Shown: in pieces, positions 49,324 to 58,365 of the stretch
How positions within the stretch are numbered: position 1 is the first letter of the stretch
Layout: each line of letters starts with the position of its first letter
Origin: an uncultured bacterium
GTDB lineage: Bacteria; Krumholzibacteriota; Krumholzibacteriia; JACNKJ01
Reading direction: 5' to 3'
Length of the DNA stretch: 64,000 bases
NCBI GenBank assembly: GCA_964627205.1
Contig: CAZVHI010000007.1
Location: forward strand, 7,412 to 71,411
Made by a program: the position numbers and the translations under genes
The notes under the pieces: model-generated
Told to the model about the DNA's origin: nothing
Seen by the model: only the letters and a program-made list of their open reading frames with translations
Databases searched by the model: none

Positions 49324-49674
49324 ATGCTTATGAAACGCAACCCAGAGGATATCCGGAGAGCCGCCAGGATCTTCAAGGCGCTCTCCCACCCCTCCCGCCT
49401 GGAGATCGCCTGCCGCCTTGCCGAGGCCTCCTCCTCCCAGAAGGATCTGATCGAGGCCATGGGCATTCCCCAGTCCAGCGTGGCGCGGATGCTCGCTCCG
49501 CTACGGGACCTGGGGCTCGTCCAGGGCGAACGCCAGGGCCAGGAGGTGCAGCTCTCGGTAGGCAGCCCGATCATCCGGCTGCTGGTGGAGTCGGTCTGCG
49601 AGTGGCTCCACCCGTCGGGGAACAGCCATGCCGGCCCCCACCATCCCAAGCCCACCATGGAGGAGCGCCCATGA
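49324..49674 (+). CDS. ArsR/SmtB family transcriptional repressor
   Basis: FKALSHPSRLEI, QSSVARML..LRDLGLV..ERQG winged HTH; Cys30 and Cys92. Confidence 0.92.
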   Translation: MLMKRNPEDIRRAARIFKALSHPSRLEIACRLAEASSSQKDLIEAMGIPQSSVARMLAPLRDLGLVQGERQGQEVQLSVGSPIIRLLVESVCEWLHPSGNSHAGPHHPKPTMEERP

Positions 49675-51941
49675 ATCGCAGGGACTTCATCAAGATCGGA
49701 TCATCGGGCGCGGCCAGCGCTGCCCTGCTGAGCGGCTTGACGAGCGACTGGTTCGGCGCCTACGGGAATCCGACCGAGGATCCCGGCACCGAGGGCGAGA
49801 AGATCGTGCCGAGCTTCTGCGAGCTCTGCTTCTGGAAGTGCGGAATCCTCGCGCATGTGAAGGGTGGCCGCGTCACGAAGATCAAGGGCAACCCGAAGCA
49901 TCCCCTCTCTCGCGGTCGGCTCTGCCCTCGCGGCGCGGGCGGCACGGGCCTTCTCTACGATCCCGACCGCCTCCGCCAGCCGCTGGTCCGCGTGTCGAAG
50001 AACGGCCGCCAGGACTTCGAGGCCGTCTCCTGGGACACCGCCTTGGGCGAGGTGGCGGAGAACTTCGAAAAGATCAAGCAGACCTACGGCGGCTCCGCGC
50101 TGGCGCTCTTCTATCACGGCTTCGGTGCCAACTGGATGAAGCACCTCTTCAAGGCCTACGGCTCCCCCAACATCGCCGCGCCCTCCTACGCCCAGTGCCG
50201 CGGCCCGCGCGACGTCGGCTTCGATCTCACCTTCGGCTCGGGCGTGGGCTCGCCGGAACGCACGGACATGGCGGGCGCGCGCTGCCTCGTGCTCATCGGT
50301 TCGCACCTGGGCGAGAACATGCACAACACGCAGGTACAGGACTTCGCGAACTTCCTTCGTCGCGGCGGCGACCTCGTGGTCGTCGACCCCCGCTTCTCTG
50401 TGGCCGCGTCGAAGGCCCGGCACTGGCTGCCCATCAAGCCGGGCACCGACCTCGCCTTGCTCCTGGCCTGGATGCACGTGATCATCGACGAGGACCTCTA
50501 CGACCGCGCCTACATCGAGCGCTACGCCTACGGCTTCGAGCAGCTCGCGGCCCACGTGAAGCCCTTCAGCCCCGAGTGGGCCTTCCCGCGCACGGGCATA
50601 GAGCCGGATCGGATCCGCGAGACGGCGCGCCTGCTCGCCGGCGCGCGGCCGGCCTCGATCGTCCACCCGGGCCGCCATGTCACATGGTACGGCGACGACA
50701 CGCAGCGCTCGCGAGCCATCGCGATCCTGAACGCGCTGCTCGGCTCATGGGGACGCCGGGGCGGCTTCTTCGTGCCCTCCCAGGTCGGCCTGCCCAAGTA
50801 CGAGTATCCGGGCTACGAGAAGAATCACAGCCGGAGGGCGGATCGTCCGCTCCCCAGCAACTTCCCCCTGGCGGACAAGGTCCTCGCCAGCGGGCTCTGC
50901 AACGCCACGATTCCCGGCCTCGGCGAGTACGACCTCAAGGGCTGGATGGTCTACGGCTCGAACCTGCCGACCACCCTGCCCGATCCGCGGCGCACGCACG
51001 AGGCCATCCAGAAGCTCGACTTCCTCGTCAGCGTGGACGTCCTGCCGGCCGAGATCTGCAGCCTCAGCGACGTCGTCCTCCCCGAGGCCACCTACCTCGA
51101 GCGTTGCGACGAGCTTCACAACCCGCTCTACCGCGAACCCTACATCGCAGTGCGTCAAGAGGTCGTGCCGCCCATGTACGAGAGCAAGCCGGGCTGGTGG
51201 ATTGCGCGCGAGCTAGCGATGAAGCTCGGTCTCGAGCAGTTCTTCCCCTGGGCCGACAGCATGGAGTACGCCAAGTCGCGCCTGCACGAGGCGGGCATCG
51301 GCTGCGAGGACCTGCAGCGGGACGGAGTGCACCTCGGAAAGCCCCAGCCGCTCTACTTCGAGGAGGGCGCCGCGGCCGACTTCTACACCGACTCCGGCAG
51401 GATCGAGCTCTACTCCACCCGTCTCGCGCAGCACGGCTTCGACCCCCTGCCCAAATACACGCCGCCCGAGGAGCCACCCCGGGGCTACTACCGGCTGCTC
51501 TTCGGCCGCACCCCCGTGCACACTTTCGGCCGGACGACGAACAACCGTCTGCTCTCGGAGGTCTTCGACGAGAACGCGGTCTGGGTGAACCGGGACGTGG
51601 CGGACAAGTGGGGCCTGGCGGACGGCGACCGCGTCCACCTGCAGAACCAGGACGGCATCCGCTCCACCTTCTCCGCTCCCGTCAAGGTCACCAGCCGCAT
51701 CCGCCCGGACGCCGTCTACATGGTCCACGGCTACGGCCGGCGAGCGAAGAAGCTGCGCTTCGTCCACGGGCGCGGCATCGACACCGCGGAGCTCTGCACG
51801 AACTACAAGGTGGATCCGATCATGGGCGGCACTGGCATGAACGTGAACTTCGTGACCTTCCTGCGCGCCGAGGACGTGGAAGCTGATGCCGGCGGGCACG
51901 CCGGCATCAGTAAGATTGAGGAAGAGGAGGTGAGGGCATGA
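49671..51941 (+). CDS. psrA: Molybdopterin oxidoreductase catalytic subunit, polysulfide/thiosulfate reductase type (PsrA/PhsA)
   Basis: Tat motif MNRRDFIK; CELCFWKC...LCPRG 4Fe-4S motif; YAQCRG putative Mo-ligand Cys; IKPGTD; SDVVLPEATYLER; HTFGRT. Confidence 0.85.
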   Translation: MNRRDFIKIGSSGAASAALLSGLTSDWFGAYGNPTEDPGTEGEKIVPSFCELCFWKCGILAHVKGGRVTKIKGNPKHPLSRGRLCPRGAGGTGLLYDPDRLRQPLVRVSKNGRQDFEAVSWDTALGEVAENFEKIKQTYGGSALALFYHGFGANWMKHLFKAYGSPNIAAPSYAQCRGPRDVGFDLTFGSGVGSPERTDMAGARCLVLIGSHLGENMHNTQVQDFANFLRRGGDLVVVDPRFSVAASKARHWLPIKPGTDLALLLAWMHVIIDEDLYDRAYIERYAYGFEQLAAHVKPFSPEWAFPRTGIEPDRIRETARLLAGARPASIVHPGRHVTWYGDDTQRSRAIAILNALLGSWGRRGGFFVPSQVGLPKYEYPGYEKNHSRRADRPLPSNFPLADKVLASGLCNATIPGLGEYDLKGWMVYGSNLPTTLPDPRRTHEAIQKLDFLVSVDVLPAEICSLSDVVLPEATYLERCDELHNPLYREPYIAVRQEVVPPMYESKPGWWIARELAMKLGLEQFFPWADSMEYAKSRLHEAGIGCEDLQRDGVHLGKPQPLYFEEGAAADFYTDSGRIELYSTRLAQHGFDPLPKYTPPEEPPRGYYRLLFGRTPVHTFGRTTNNRLLSEVFDENAVWVNRDVADKWGLADGDRVHLQNQDGIRSTFSAPVKVTSRIRPDAVYMVHGYGRRAKKLRFVHGRGIDTAELCTNYKVDPIMGGTGMNVNFVTFLRAEDVEADAGGHAGISKIEEEEVRA

Positions 51942-52486
51942 CAGGGCCCCGCTACGCGATGGCCGTCGACACCAGGACTTGCGTCGGCTGCAGCGCCTGC
52001 ATGATCGGCTGCAAGAAGGAGAATGACGTCGCCCCGAATCACACGCGGGACTGGGTATACACGAAAACCGTGGGCAGCTTTCCCGACTTGACGATGACGA
52101 TTCGCTCGGAGCGCTGCAACCACTGCGCGAACGCGCCCTGCGTGCGCGCCTGTCCCACCGGTTCCTCGCATTACGGACCGGGCGGAACGATCCAGGTCAA
52201 CAGCCGCAAGTGCTCGGGCTGCAAGGCCTGCATCACGGCTTGCCCCTATGGCGCGCGCTTCGTCGATCCGCGGAGCAAAACGGTGGACAAGTGCACCTAC
52301 TGCATGCATCGCCTGGAGAATGGTCTCGCCACCACGAACTGCCAGGAGATCTGCCCCACGCAGAGCATCGTCTTCGGAGATCTGAACGACCCGGAAAGCG
52401 AGATCGTCCGCGCTCTCGCAACGCGTGAGCACTACACGCTGCGCCCCGAGAAGGGGACGGACCCCAGACACTTCTACCTCAAGTGA
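51938..52486 (+). CDS. psrB: 4Fe-4S electron-transfer subunit (PsrB/NrfC/DmsB type)
   Basis: CVGCSACMIGC, CNHCANAPCVRACP, CSGCKACITACP, KCTYC...CQEICP. Confidence 0.92.
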   Translation: MTGPRYAMAVDTRTCVGCSACMIGCKKENDVAPNHTRDWVYTKTVGSFPDLTMTIRSERCNHCANAPCVRACPTGSSHYGPGGTIQVNSRKCSGCKACITACPYGARFVDPRSKTVDKCTYCMHRLENGLATTNCQEICPTQSIVFGDLNDPESEIVRALATREHYTLRPEKGTDPRHFYLK

Positions 52487-52493
52487 GGTCGTT

Positions 52494-53438
52494 TTGCTGG
52501 AAAACACCATCAACCGAGGCAATCCGCTGATCGACCCCGACCTGCACGTCTGGCACGGAGAGGTGGCCGCCGACCTCTTCCTGGCGGGCACGGTGGCGGG
52601 CCTGATGATTCTGACAGCGCTCTTCCGTCTGCTGCGCTCGCCCGAGGAGCCCTCCCGCGCCCTGCGTCTGATGCCATGGCTGTCGCCGGTCCTGATCTCG
52701 GTCTGCCTGCTCTTCCTCTGGCTCGACCTGGCAAACCGCCTGAACGCCTTCCGCTTCTACCTCGTCTTCCGGCTGGCGACGCCGATGTCCTGGGGCGCAT
52801 GGATCCTGCTGTCGGTCTACCCCGCCAGCGCGCTCTTCGCCTGGAGCGAGTTACCGGACGACCTGCGTGAGCGCCTTCTGCGCCGCCTCCCGTGGCTGCG
52901 CGGCCTCGGCGCATGGGCGGAGGCCCGGGCGCGGGGCCTCGCCGCAGCGAACCTGCTGCTCGGAATCGCGCTCGGCCTCTACACGGGAGTCGTGCTCAGC
53001 ATCTATTCCGCGCGGCCGCTCTGGCACTCGCCCCTGTTGCCGCTGCTCTTCCTGAGCTCTGGCCTGGCCTGCGGCGCATCCTGCCTGCTCATGGCGCGGA
53101 CGGCCGATCAGGAGCGCGAGCGACTCGGGCGCTGCAACTTGGGATTCCTCGGCGCGCAGGCACTGATCCTTGCGCTCTGGCTGATCGACTTGCGCACGGG
53201 TGGGCAGAGCACGCAGCAGGCCGCTCACCTCCTCTTGGGGGGCGGCTACACAGCGGCCTTCTGGGCGCTGCCCGTGGCCTTGGGAATCGCGGCGCCCGCC
53301 TACGGCGAATGGATGACGGGACGCCGGGGCCGCGTCCCCGGGCGCGCCGGAGCCTTCCTGGTCCTGGCCGGCGCCTTCGCGCTGCGCTGGATCCTGGTCT
53401 ACGCGGGGCAGCACGCCGGCGGGCCGGCGGTTCACTAG
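52494..53438 (+). CDS. psrC: NrfD/PsrC family membrane anchor, copy 1
   Basis: TTG start behind GAGGT. LWLDL.NR, PMSWGAWIL, LYTG, RPLWHSP, LRWILVYAGQ. Confidence 0.85.
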   Translation: MLENTINRGNPLIDPDLHVWHGEVAADLFLAGTVAGLMILTALFRLLRSPEEPSRALRLMPWLSPVLISVCLLFLWLDLANRLNAFRFYLVFRLATPMSWGAWILLSVYPASALFAWSELPDDLRERLLRRLPWLRGLGAWAEARARGLAAANLLLGIALGLYTGVVLSIYSARPLWHSPLLPLLFLSSGLACGASCLLMARTADQERERLGRCNLGFLGAQALILALWLIDLRTGGQSTQQAAHLLLGGGYTAAFWALPVALGIAAPAYGEWMTGRRGRVPGRAGAFLVLAGAFALRWILVYAGQHAGGPAVH

Positions 53439-53453
53439 AGGGAGAGGGACGAA

Positions 53454-54407
53454 ATGAGCGAAATCGAGATCACGCGGAGCAATCACCTGATCGATCCGCA
53501 CCTGCACGTCTGGCACGGAGAGGTGGCCGTCTATCTCTTCCTGGGCGGTCTCGTCGCCGGAATGATGATGCTGCTGGGCGCCTACCGGCTCTGGAAGAAG
53601 GACCGCCCGCGCTCGCGAGCCCTGATGCTGCTGCCCTGGCTCGTGCCGGTCATCCTGTCGGTCGGCATGTTCTTCCTCTGGCTCGACTTGTCCAACCGCA
53701 TGAACGTGTTCCGCTTTTACTTCATCTGGCGCTTCGTCTCCCCCATGTCCTGGGGCGCCTGGATCCTGATCGCGGTCTACCCCGTGTCCATCCTCTTCGC
53801 CTGGAACGAGAGCCCTGCCTCCTTTCGGGAGCGCGCTCTGTCCCGCCTCGGCCTCCTGCGCCGCCTGAGTGCCTGGTCGGAGGTGCAAGCGCGGGGCCTG
53901 GCATTTGCGCAGATGAACCTCGGCATCCTGCTCGCGGTCTACACCGGCATCTTGCTCGGCGCCTTCGCCGCTCGTCCCCTGTGGAACTCGCCCCTGCTCG
54001 GCCCCCTCTTCCTGGCCTCCGGTCTCTCTAGCGGAGCGGCCTTCATCCTGCTCTTCCGCCTGAGCTGGAAGGAGCGGCGCCTGGCCAGCATCGTTGACAT
54101 GGCGGTCCTGGGCGTCGAGATGGGCATCCTCGGGCTGATGCTCACCGGCCTGGCCGTCGGCGGCTACTGCACCCAGAAAGCCGCCTGGCTTCTCTTCGGA
54201 GGACCCTACACCGCGGCCTTCTGGACACTGGTCGTGGCCCTCGGCCTCGTGGTGCCTTTCGCCGGCGAGGCCTTCGAGTACAAGCACAAGGCGACTCCCG
54301 GACGGGCCACCGCGCTACTGGTCCTAACCGGCGGCTTCGCCCTGCGCTGGATCATCGTCTTCGCCGGCCAGGACGCCGGCTGGCTCCACGAAATCGCATC
54401 GAGATAG
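53454..54407 (+). CDS. psrC: NrfD/PsrC family membrane anchor, copy 2
   Basis: YLFLGG, LWLDLSNR, SPMSWGAWIL, VYTG, RPLWNSP, LRWIIVFAGQ. Confidence 0.9.
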   Translation: MSEIEITRSNHLIDPHLHVWHGEVAVYLFLGGLVAGMMMLLGAYRLWKKDRPRSRALMLLPWLVPVILSVGMFFLWLDLSNRMNVFRFYFIWRFVSPMSWGAWILIAVYPVSILFAWNESPASFRERALSRLGLLRRLSAWSEVQARGLAFAQMNLGILLAVYTGILLGAFAARPLWNSPLLGPLFLASGLSSGAAFILLFRLSWKERRLASIVDMAVLGVEMGILGLMLTGLAVGGYCTQKAAWLLFGGPYTAAFWTLVVALGLVVPFAGEAFEYKHKATPGRATALLVLTGGFALRWIIVFAGQDAGWLHEIASR

Positions 54408-54416
54408 GAGGCGCAG

Positions 54417-54929
54417 ATGAACGCCAAGAACTACTGGAATCCCTACCTGGCGGGGCTGTTGCTCGGCCTGACCCTGCTCGCGACCTTCCTCGTCGCGGGA
54501 CAGGGGCTTGGCGCGAGCGCCTTCCCCAAACGGGTGGTGGCCCTCGCCGCGAACGAAGTGGCGCCCGAGTGGACGGAGGACAACAAGGCCCTCCAGCGCT
54601 ATGTGGCAGACGGCGCCAACCCGCTCAAGAACTGGCTCGTCGTCGAAGTGATCGGCGTTTTGCTCGGCGGCTTCATCGGGGCGCTCAGCGCCGGTCGACT
54701 GCAGGGCAAGGTGGAGAAGGGGCCGCGCGTCAGCCGGCGCTCGCGCCTGATCCTCGCCTTTGCAGGTGGCTCGATCATGGGGATCGCCGCCGGCATCGCG
54801 CGGGGCTGCACCTCGGGCCAGGCGCTCTCGGGCGGCGCGGCGCTCGCCACGGGCGGCTGGATCTTCATGATGATGTTCTTCGCGGGCGCCTACGCAACGG
54901 CCTGGTTCGTAAGGAGGCAGTGGATATGA
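54417..54929 (+). CDS. YeeE/YedE family sulfur (thiosulfate) transporter half-protein
   Basis: YWNPYLAG, GLGAS, ARGCTSGQALSG. Confidence 0.85.
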   Translation: MNAKNYWNPYLAGLLLGLTLLATFLVAGQGLGASAFPKRVVALAANEVAPEWTEDNKALQRYVADGANPLKNWLVVEVIGVLLGGFIGALSAGRLQGKVEKGPRVSRRSRLILAFAGGSIMGIAAGIARGCTSGQALSGGAALATGGWIFMMMFFAGAYATAWFVRRQWI

Positions 54930-56116
54930 TCTGTCCCGTCGTCCCCCAGGACTTCCTCGGCGAGCAGGCGGGCCTGCTGACAGCCCTCGTCCTCGGATTC
55001 TTCTTCGGTTTCTCCCTCGAGCGTTCGGGCTTCGGCAACGCGCGCAAGCTCGCCGCCCAGTTCTACGGCTACGACATGACCGTCTTCAAGGTGATGTTCA
55101 CCGCCGTGCTCGTGGCCATGGTGGGTCTCTACTCCTTCGCCGCCTACGGGCTCGTCGACCTCTCGCTCGTCTGGATCAACCCGACCTTCCTCTGGGCGCA
55201 GCTCGTCGGCGGTTTCCTGATCGGCGTGGGCTTCGCGGTCAGCGGGCTCTGCCCCGGCACTGCGGTGGTGTCCGCGGCCTCGGGCCGTGTCGACGGCATG
55301 CTCACCTTCGCCGGCGCGTTCTTCGGCACCTTCCTCTTCTCCCTGCTCATGGACTGGGTGCCCGCGCTCCGGAGTCTCTATTCGGCCGGAGCGCAGGGTC
55401 GCTCCCTGCTGCCCGACCTGCTGGGCGTCCCGGCGCCCTGGGTGGCGCTTGCGGTGCTCGCCATGGCGCTCGGCGGCTTTCTCGGGGCCGAGAAGCTGGA
55501 GCGTATCTTCCAGGCGCGCTTCCCGCGCGTGGAACTGACGCCGAGCGGCGGTGCTCGCGTGAAGTACGGCTTGATCGGCGTGCTCGCGCTGGTCACCCTG
55601 GCGGCCGGGCTCGCCCCCACGCCCGAGATCCTGGCCACCGCGCCCACGGCCGCGGCCCTGGAGCCGCTGTCTCTCGCGGAGGCCATCATCGCCGGCGACC
55701 CGAACCTGCTCGTCCTCGACCTGCGCTCCGAGGAGTCGGAGGGGACCATCCCCGGCGCGCAGCGCGTCCGCCTGGAGGCCGGCGACGAGAGTCTGCACGG
55801 CGCGCTGGGCTTCGCCGCGCCGGGAAGCACGGTGCTGCTGGTCGACGGGGAGGGCGCCGCGCCCGTGCTGCCGGAAGAGCTGCCCACGGAGCTGAGCTAC
55901 CGCTACCTGCGCGGCGGCTACGCCGCCTGGGAGCGCGAGATCCTGACTCCCAAGCAGCCGCGGAACTTCAGCGCCGAGGAGCTGGCGCGCACGCAGCGGC
56001 AGAACCAGATCGCCGCGTACTTTTCGGGCAACGAGGCCCAGCCGTCGGTGAACGCGCCGCCGCCCCCAATGCCCACCGGGGGTAGAAAGAAGAAACCAGC
56101 CGAAGGAGGCTGCTAG
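54926..56116 (+). CDS. YeeE/YedE family protein fused to a rhodanese-like domain
   Basis: ATGA overlap. FGFSLERSGFG...DMTVFKVMFTA, GLCPGT. C-terminal LLVLDLRS...IPGA...YLRGGYAAWE. Confidence 0.85.
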   Translation: MICPVVPQDFLGEQAGLLTALVLGFFFGFSLERSGFGNARKLAAQFYGYDMTVFKVMFTAVLVAMVGLYSFAAYGLVDLSLVWINPTFLWAQLVGGFLIGVGFAVSGLCPGTAVVSAASGRVDGMLTFAGAFFGTFLFSLLMDWVPALRSLYSAGAQGRSLLPDLLGVPAPWVALAVLAMALGGFLGAEKLERIFQARFPRVELTPSGGARVKYGLIGVLALVTLAAGLAPTPEILATAPTAAALEPLSLAEAIIAGDPNLLVLDLRSEESEGTIPGAQRVRLEAGDESLHGALGFAAPGSTVLLVDGEGAAPVLPEELPTELSYRYLRGGYAAWEREILTPKQPRNFSAEELARTQRQNQIAAYFSGNEAQPSVNAPPPPMPTGGRKKKPAEGGC

Positions 56117-56120
56117 GCGA

Positions 56121-56678
56121 ATGCGTGACAGACCGGAGATCGCAACTTTCATCCTCTGCGGAGGAGAGAGCCGACGCATGGGACGGGACAAGGCGCTACT
56201 CCCCCATCCGGCGGGCGGCACGCTCCTCGAACGCGCCGCCGACCTTGCGGCCACCATCTCCGAACCCGTGCGACTCCTCAGCGGCAACGGCCGGCGCTAT
56301 ACGCGCTTCGATCTGCCGGAGATCGCCGACGCGAGCCCCGCGGCCGGACCCCTCGGCGGCATCGTTGCCGCCCTCCGCGACGCGGACGGGATTCCCGCCC
56401 TCATGCTGCCAGTGGACCTGCCCGCGCTGACTCCCCGTTCGCTCCTCGCCTTGCGGAACGCCTACCGCGACCAGCTCCCCGCCCTGGCCGTCGCGGAGGC
56501 GGGTGGCAGGCTGCACCCCGTGCCGGGCATCTGGGGACCCGACTGCCTTGCTCCGGCCGAGAAAGCGCTGCGCGAAGGGCGCCTGGCCCTCATGCCGCTG
56601 ACGCGGGAGCTCGGGGCACTGCCCGTAGCCCTGCCCGAGGAGGAGCTCGCCAACTGGAATCGTCCGGAGGATTTCTGA
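56121..56678 (+). CDS. mobA: Molybdenum cofactor guanylyltransferase
   Basis: ILCGGESRRMGRDKA, GPLGGI, PVDLP, NWNRPED. Confidence 0.92.
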   Translation: MRDRPEIATFILCGGESRRMGRDKALLPHPAGGTLLERAADLAATISEPVRLLSGNGRRYTRFDLPEIADASPAAGPLGGIVAALRDADGIPALMLPVDLPALTPRSLLALRNAYRDQLPALAVAEAGGRLHPVPGIWGPDCLAPAEKALREGRLALMPLTRELGALPVALPEEELANWNRPEDF

Positions 56679-56690
56679 GCAAGGCGGGAC

Positions 56691-57362
56691 TCAGGACCGG
56701 ACGAGAACGAAGAGTCCCAACCCCAGATGCTCGCGGTGGGCGCGGTAGTTCTCGCGCTCGCGGCGCCAGTGTTCGCCGTCGCCGCGGTCGGTGTAGTAGG
56801 CCTCCCACCAGTCGGGCTCGGCCCGCTCCTCGTCGTGGAGCACGCGGAAGCCCGCGGCCTCGAATGCGCGGCGATTGCCCTCGCGTGTAAGTACGCGCGC
56901 GCTGTCACCCGTCCAGCAGAGCTGCACATCCCGCGGCACATCCTCGTGGCGCCAGACTACGTCGATGACCGCGGCGCGTCCCCCGGGCGGGAGGACGCGG
57001 CCGAACTCAACCAGGCCGTCGTCGAAGAACTCACAGAGCGCGCCACAGCAGAAGATCGCGTCGAAGCTGGCCGCACGAAACGGCAGCGCGTGGCCGTCGC
57101 CGCGCAGGAGGCGTACGCGGTCATCCGCGCCCCGCTCGCGGATCTTGCGCCGGGCGATGGCGAGCATGCCCTCGCTGAGGTCAAGGCCCACGACGGAGCA
57201 GCCGTGGCGGGCGGCGAGGTAGAGCTCGATCTCCGCGCTTCCGCAGGCCACGCTCAGCAGTCGCGCGTCGGCGTCCAATCCGAGGTGAGACTCGGCCGCG
57301 TGCGTCAGCTCGGCGCCGCCGGGCATGTAGGTATCCCGCCTGATGATGGCGTGCTCGTCCAC
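56691..57362 (-). CDS. Class I SAM-dependent methyltransferase
   Basis: LLSVACGSA, VGLDLS, GDGHALPFRAASFDAIF, VLPPGG. Confidence 0.85.
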   Translation of the reverse strand: MDEHAIIRRDTYMPGGAELTHAAESHLGLDADARLLSVACGSAEIELYLAARHGCSVVGLDLSEGMLAIARRKIRERGADDRVRLLRGDGHALPFRAASFDAIFCCGALCEFFDDGLVEFGRVLPPGGRAAVIDVVWRHEDVPRDVQLCWTGDSARVLTREGNRRAFEAAGFRVLHDEERAEPDWWEAYYTDRGDGEHWRRERENYRAHREHLGLGLFVLVRS

Positions 57363-57416
57363 GACAATCCCTCCTGCACACCAGGCCTGAGTGCGCCGAC
57401 GGCGATGCGTCGGCTG

Positions 57417-58190
57417 CTAGAGCTTCAGCTCGAGCCCGAGCGGGCAGTGGTCGCTGCCCATGATCTCCGGGCTGATCCACACGTCGGACATGCTGCCCGC
57501 GAGCCGCTCGTTGACGAAGAAGTAGTCGATGCGCCAGCCGATGTTGCGGAGGCGCGCTCCCGAGCGCATGCTCCACCAGGTATAGGCGCCGGTCACGTCG
57601 CCGCGCCGAGCGCGATAGCAGTCGACCCAGCCGTCGGCGAGGTAACGGTCGATCCAGGCGCGCTCCTCGGGCAGGAAACCGCTGATCTTCTCGTTCTCCT
57701 TGGGACGTGCAAGGTCGATCTCGCGGTGGGCCGTGTTCACGTCGCCGCAGACGACGACGTCGCGCCCCTGCTTCACGATGCGGCGCAGCTTCTTCCGGAT
57801 CTCCTCATAGAAGTCCATCTTGTAGGCGAGGCGCTCGTCGCTGGCCTTGCCGTTGGGGAAGTAGACGTTGTAGAGCAGGAAGTCCTCGTGGTCGCTGACC
57901 ATGACCCGCCCCTCCAAGTCGAAGCGCGCCTTGCCCAGGCCGGCGCTCGCGCCCCTGAACGCCACGCCATCGCGCACGAAGGTGACCACCCCCGAGTAAC
58001 CCTTCTTCTCCGCGGAGGCCCAGTGGGCGGACCAGCCAGGTGGTTCGGTGAGGACAGGATCGAGTTGATCGGGATGGGCCTTGGTTTCCTGCAGGCAGAC
58101 GATGTCGAGGTCCGAATCCCAGACCCAGTCCAGCGCGCCCTTGCGCAGCACGGCTCGGATCCCGTTGACGTTCCAGCTGACGATTCGCAA
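57417..58190 (-). CDS. xth: Exodeoxyribonuclease III
   Basis: TTG start behind GAAGGAG. SWNVNGIRA, LQETK, GYSGV, YFPNG, GDVNTAH, YTWWS, WRIDY, GSDHCP. Confidence 0.95.
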   Translation of the reverse strand: MRIVSWNVNGIRAVLRKGALDWVWDSDLDIVCLQETKAHPDQLDPVLTEPPGWSAHWASAEKKGYSGVVTFVRDGVAFRGASAGLGKARFDLEGRVMVSDHEDFLLYNVYFPNGKASDERLAYKMDFYEEIRKKLRRIVKQGRDVVVCGDVNTAHREIDLARPKENEKISGFLPEERAWIDRYLADGWVDCYRARRGDVTGAYTWWSMRSGARLRNIGWRIDYFFVNERLAGSMSDVWISPEIMGSDHCPLGLELKL

Positions 58191-58365
58191 GCGTCTCTCC
58201 TTCGGATTCGGTCCATCCGGCGGGCGTCTTGCCCTGACCGTGTCGGCTCCTGGATAGCAATTCCGCCGCGGATCGGCAACGAATGAGTTCCTCCGCCAGA
58301 CATGCATTTACCCTTGCGGCCGCCGGCGGGGCCGGGGAAGATGAGCTCTCCCTCCAAAGTCAGAG

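Noticed and set aside
49671-52486. Idea that PsrA/PsrB substitute for the missing NuoG/NuoI
   Set aside because: PsrA has a Tat signal and its own NrfD anchors, so it should face the periplasm, whereas the Nuo peripheral arm is cytoplasmic.
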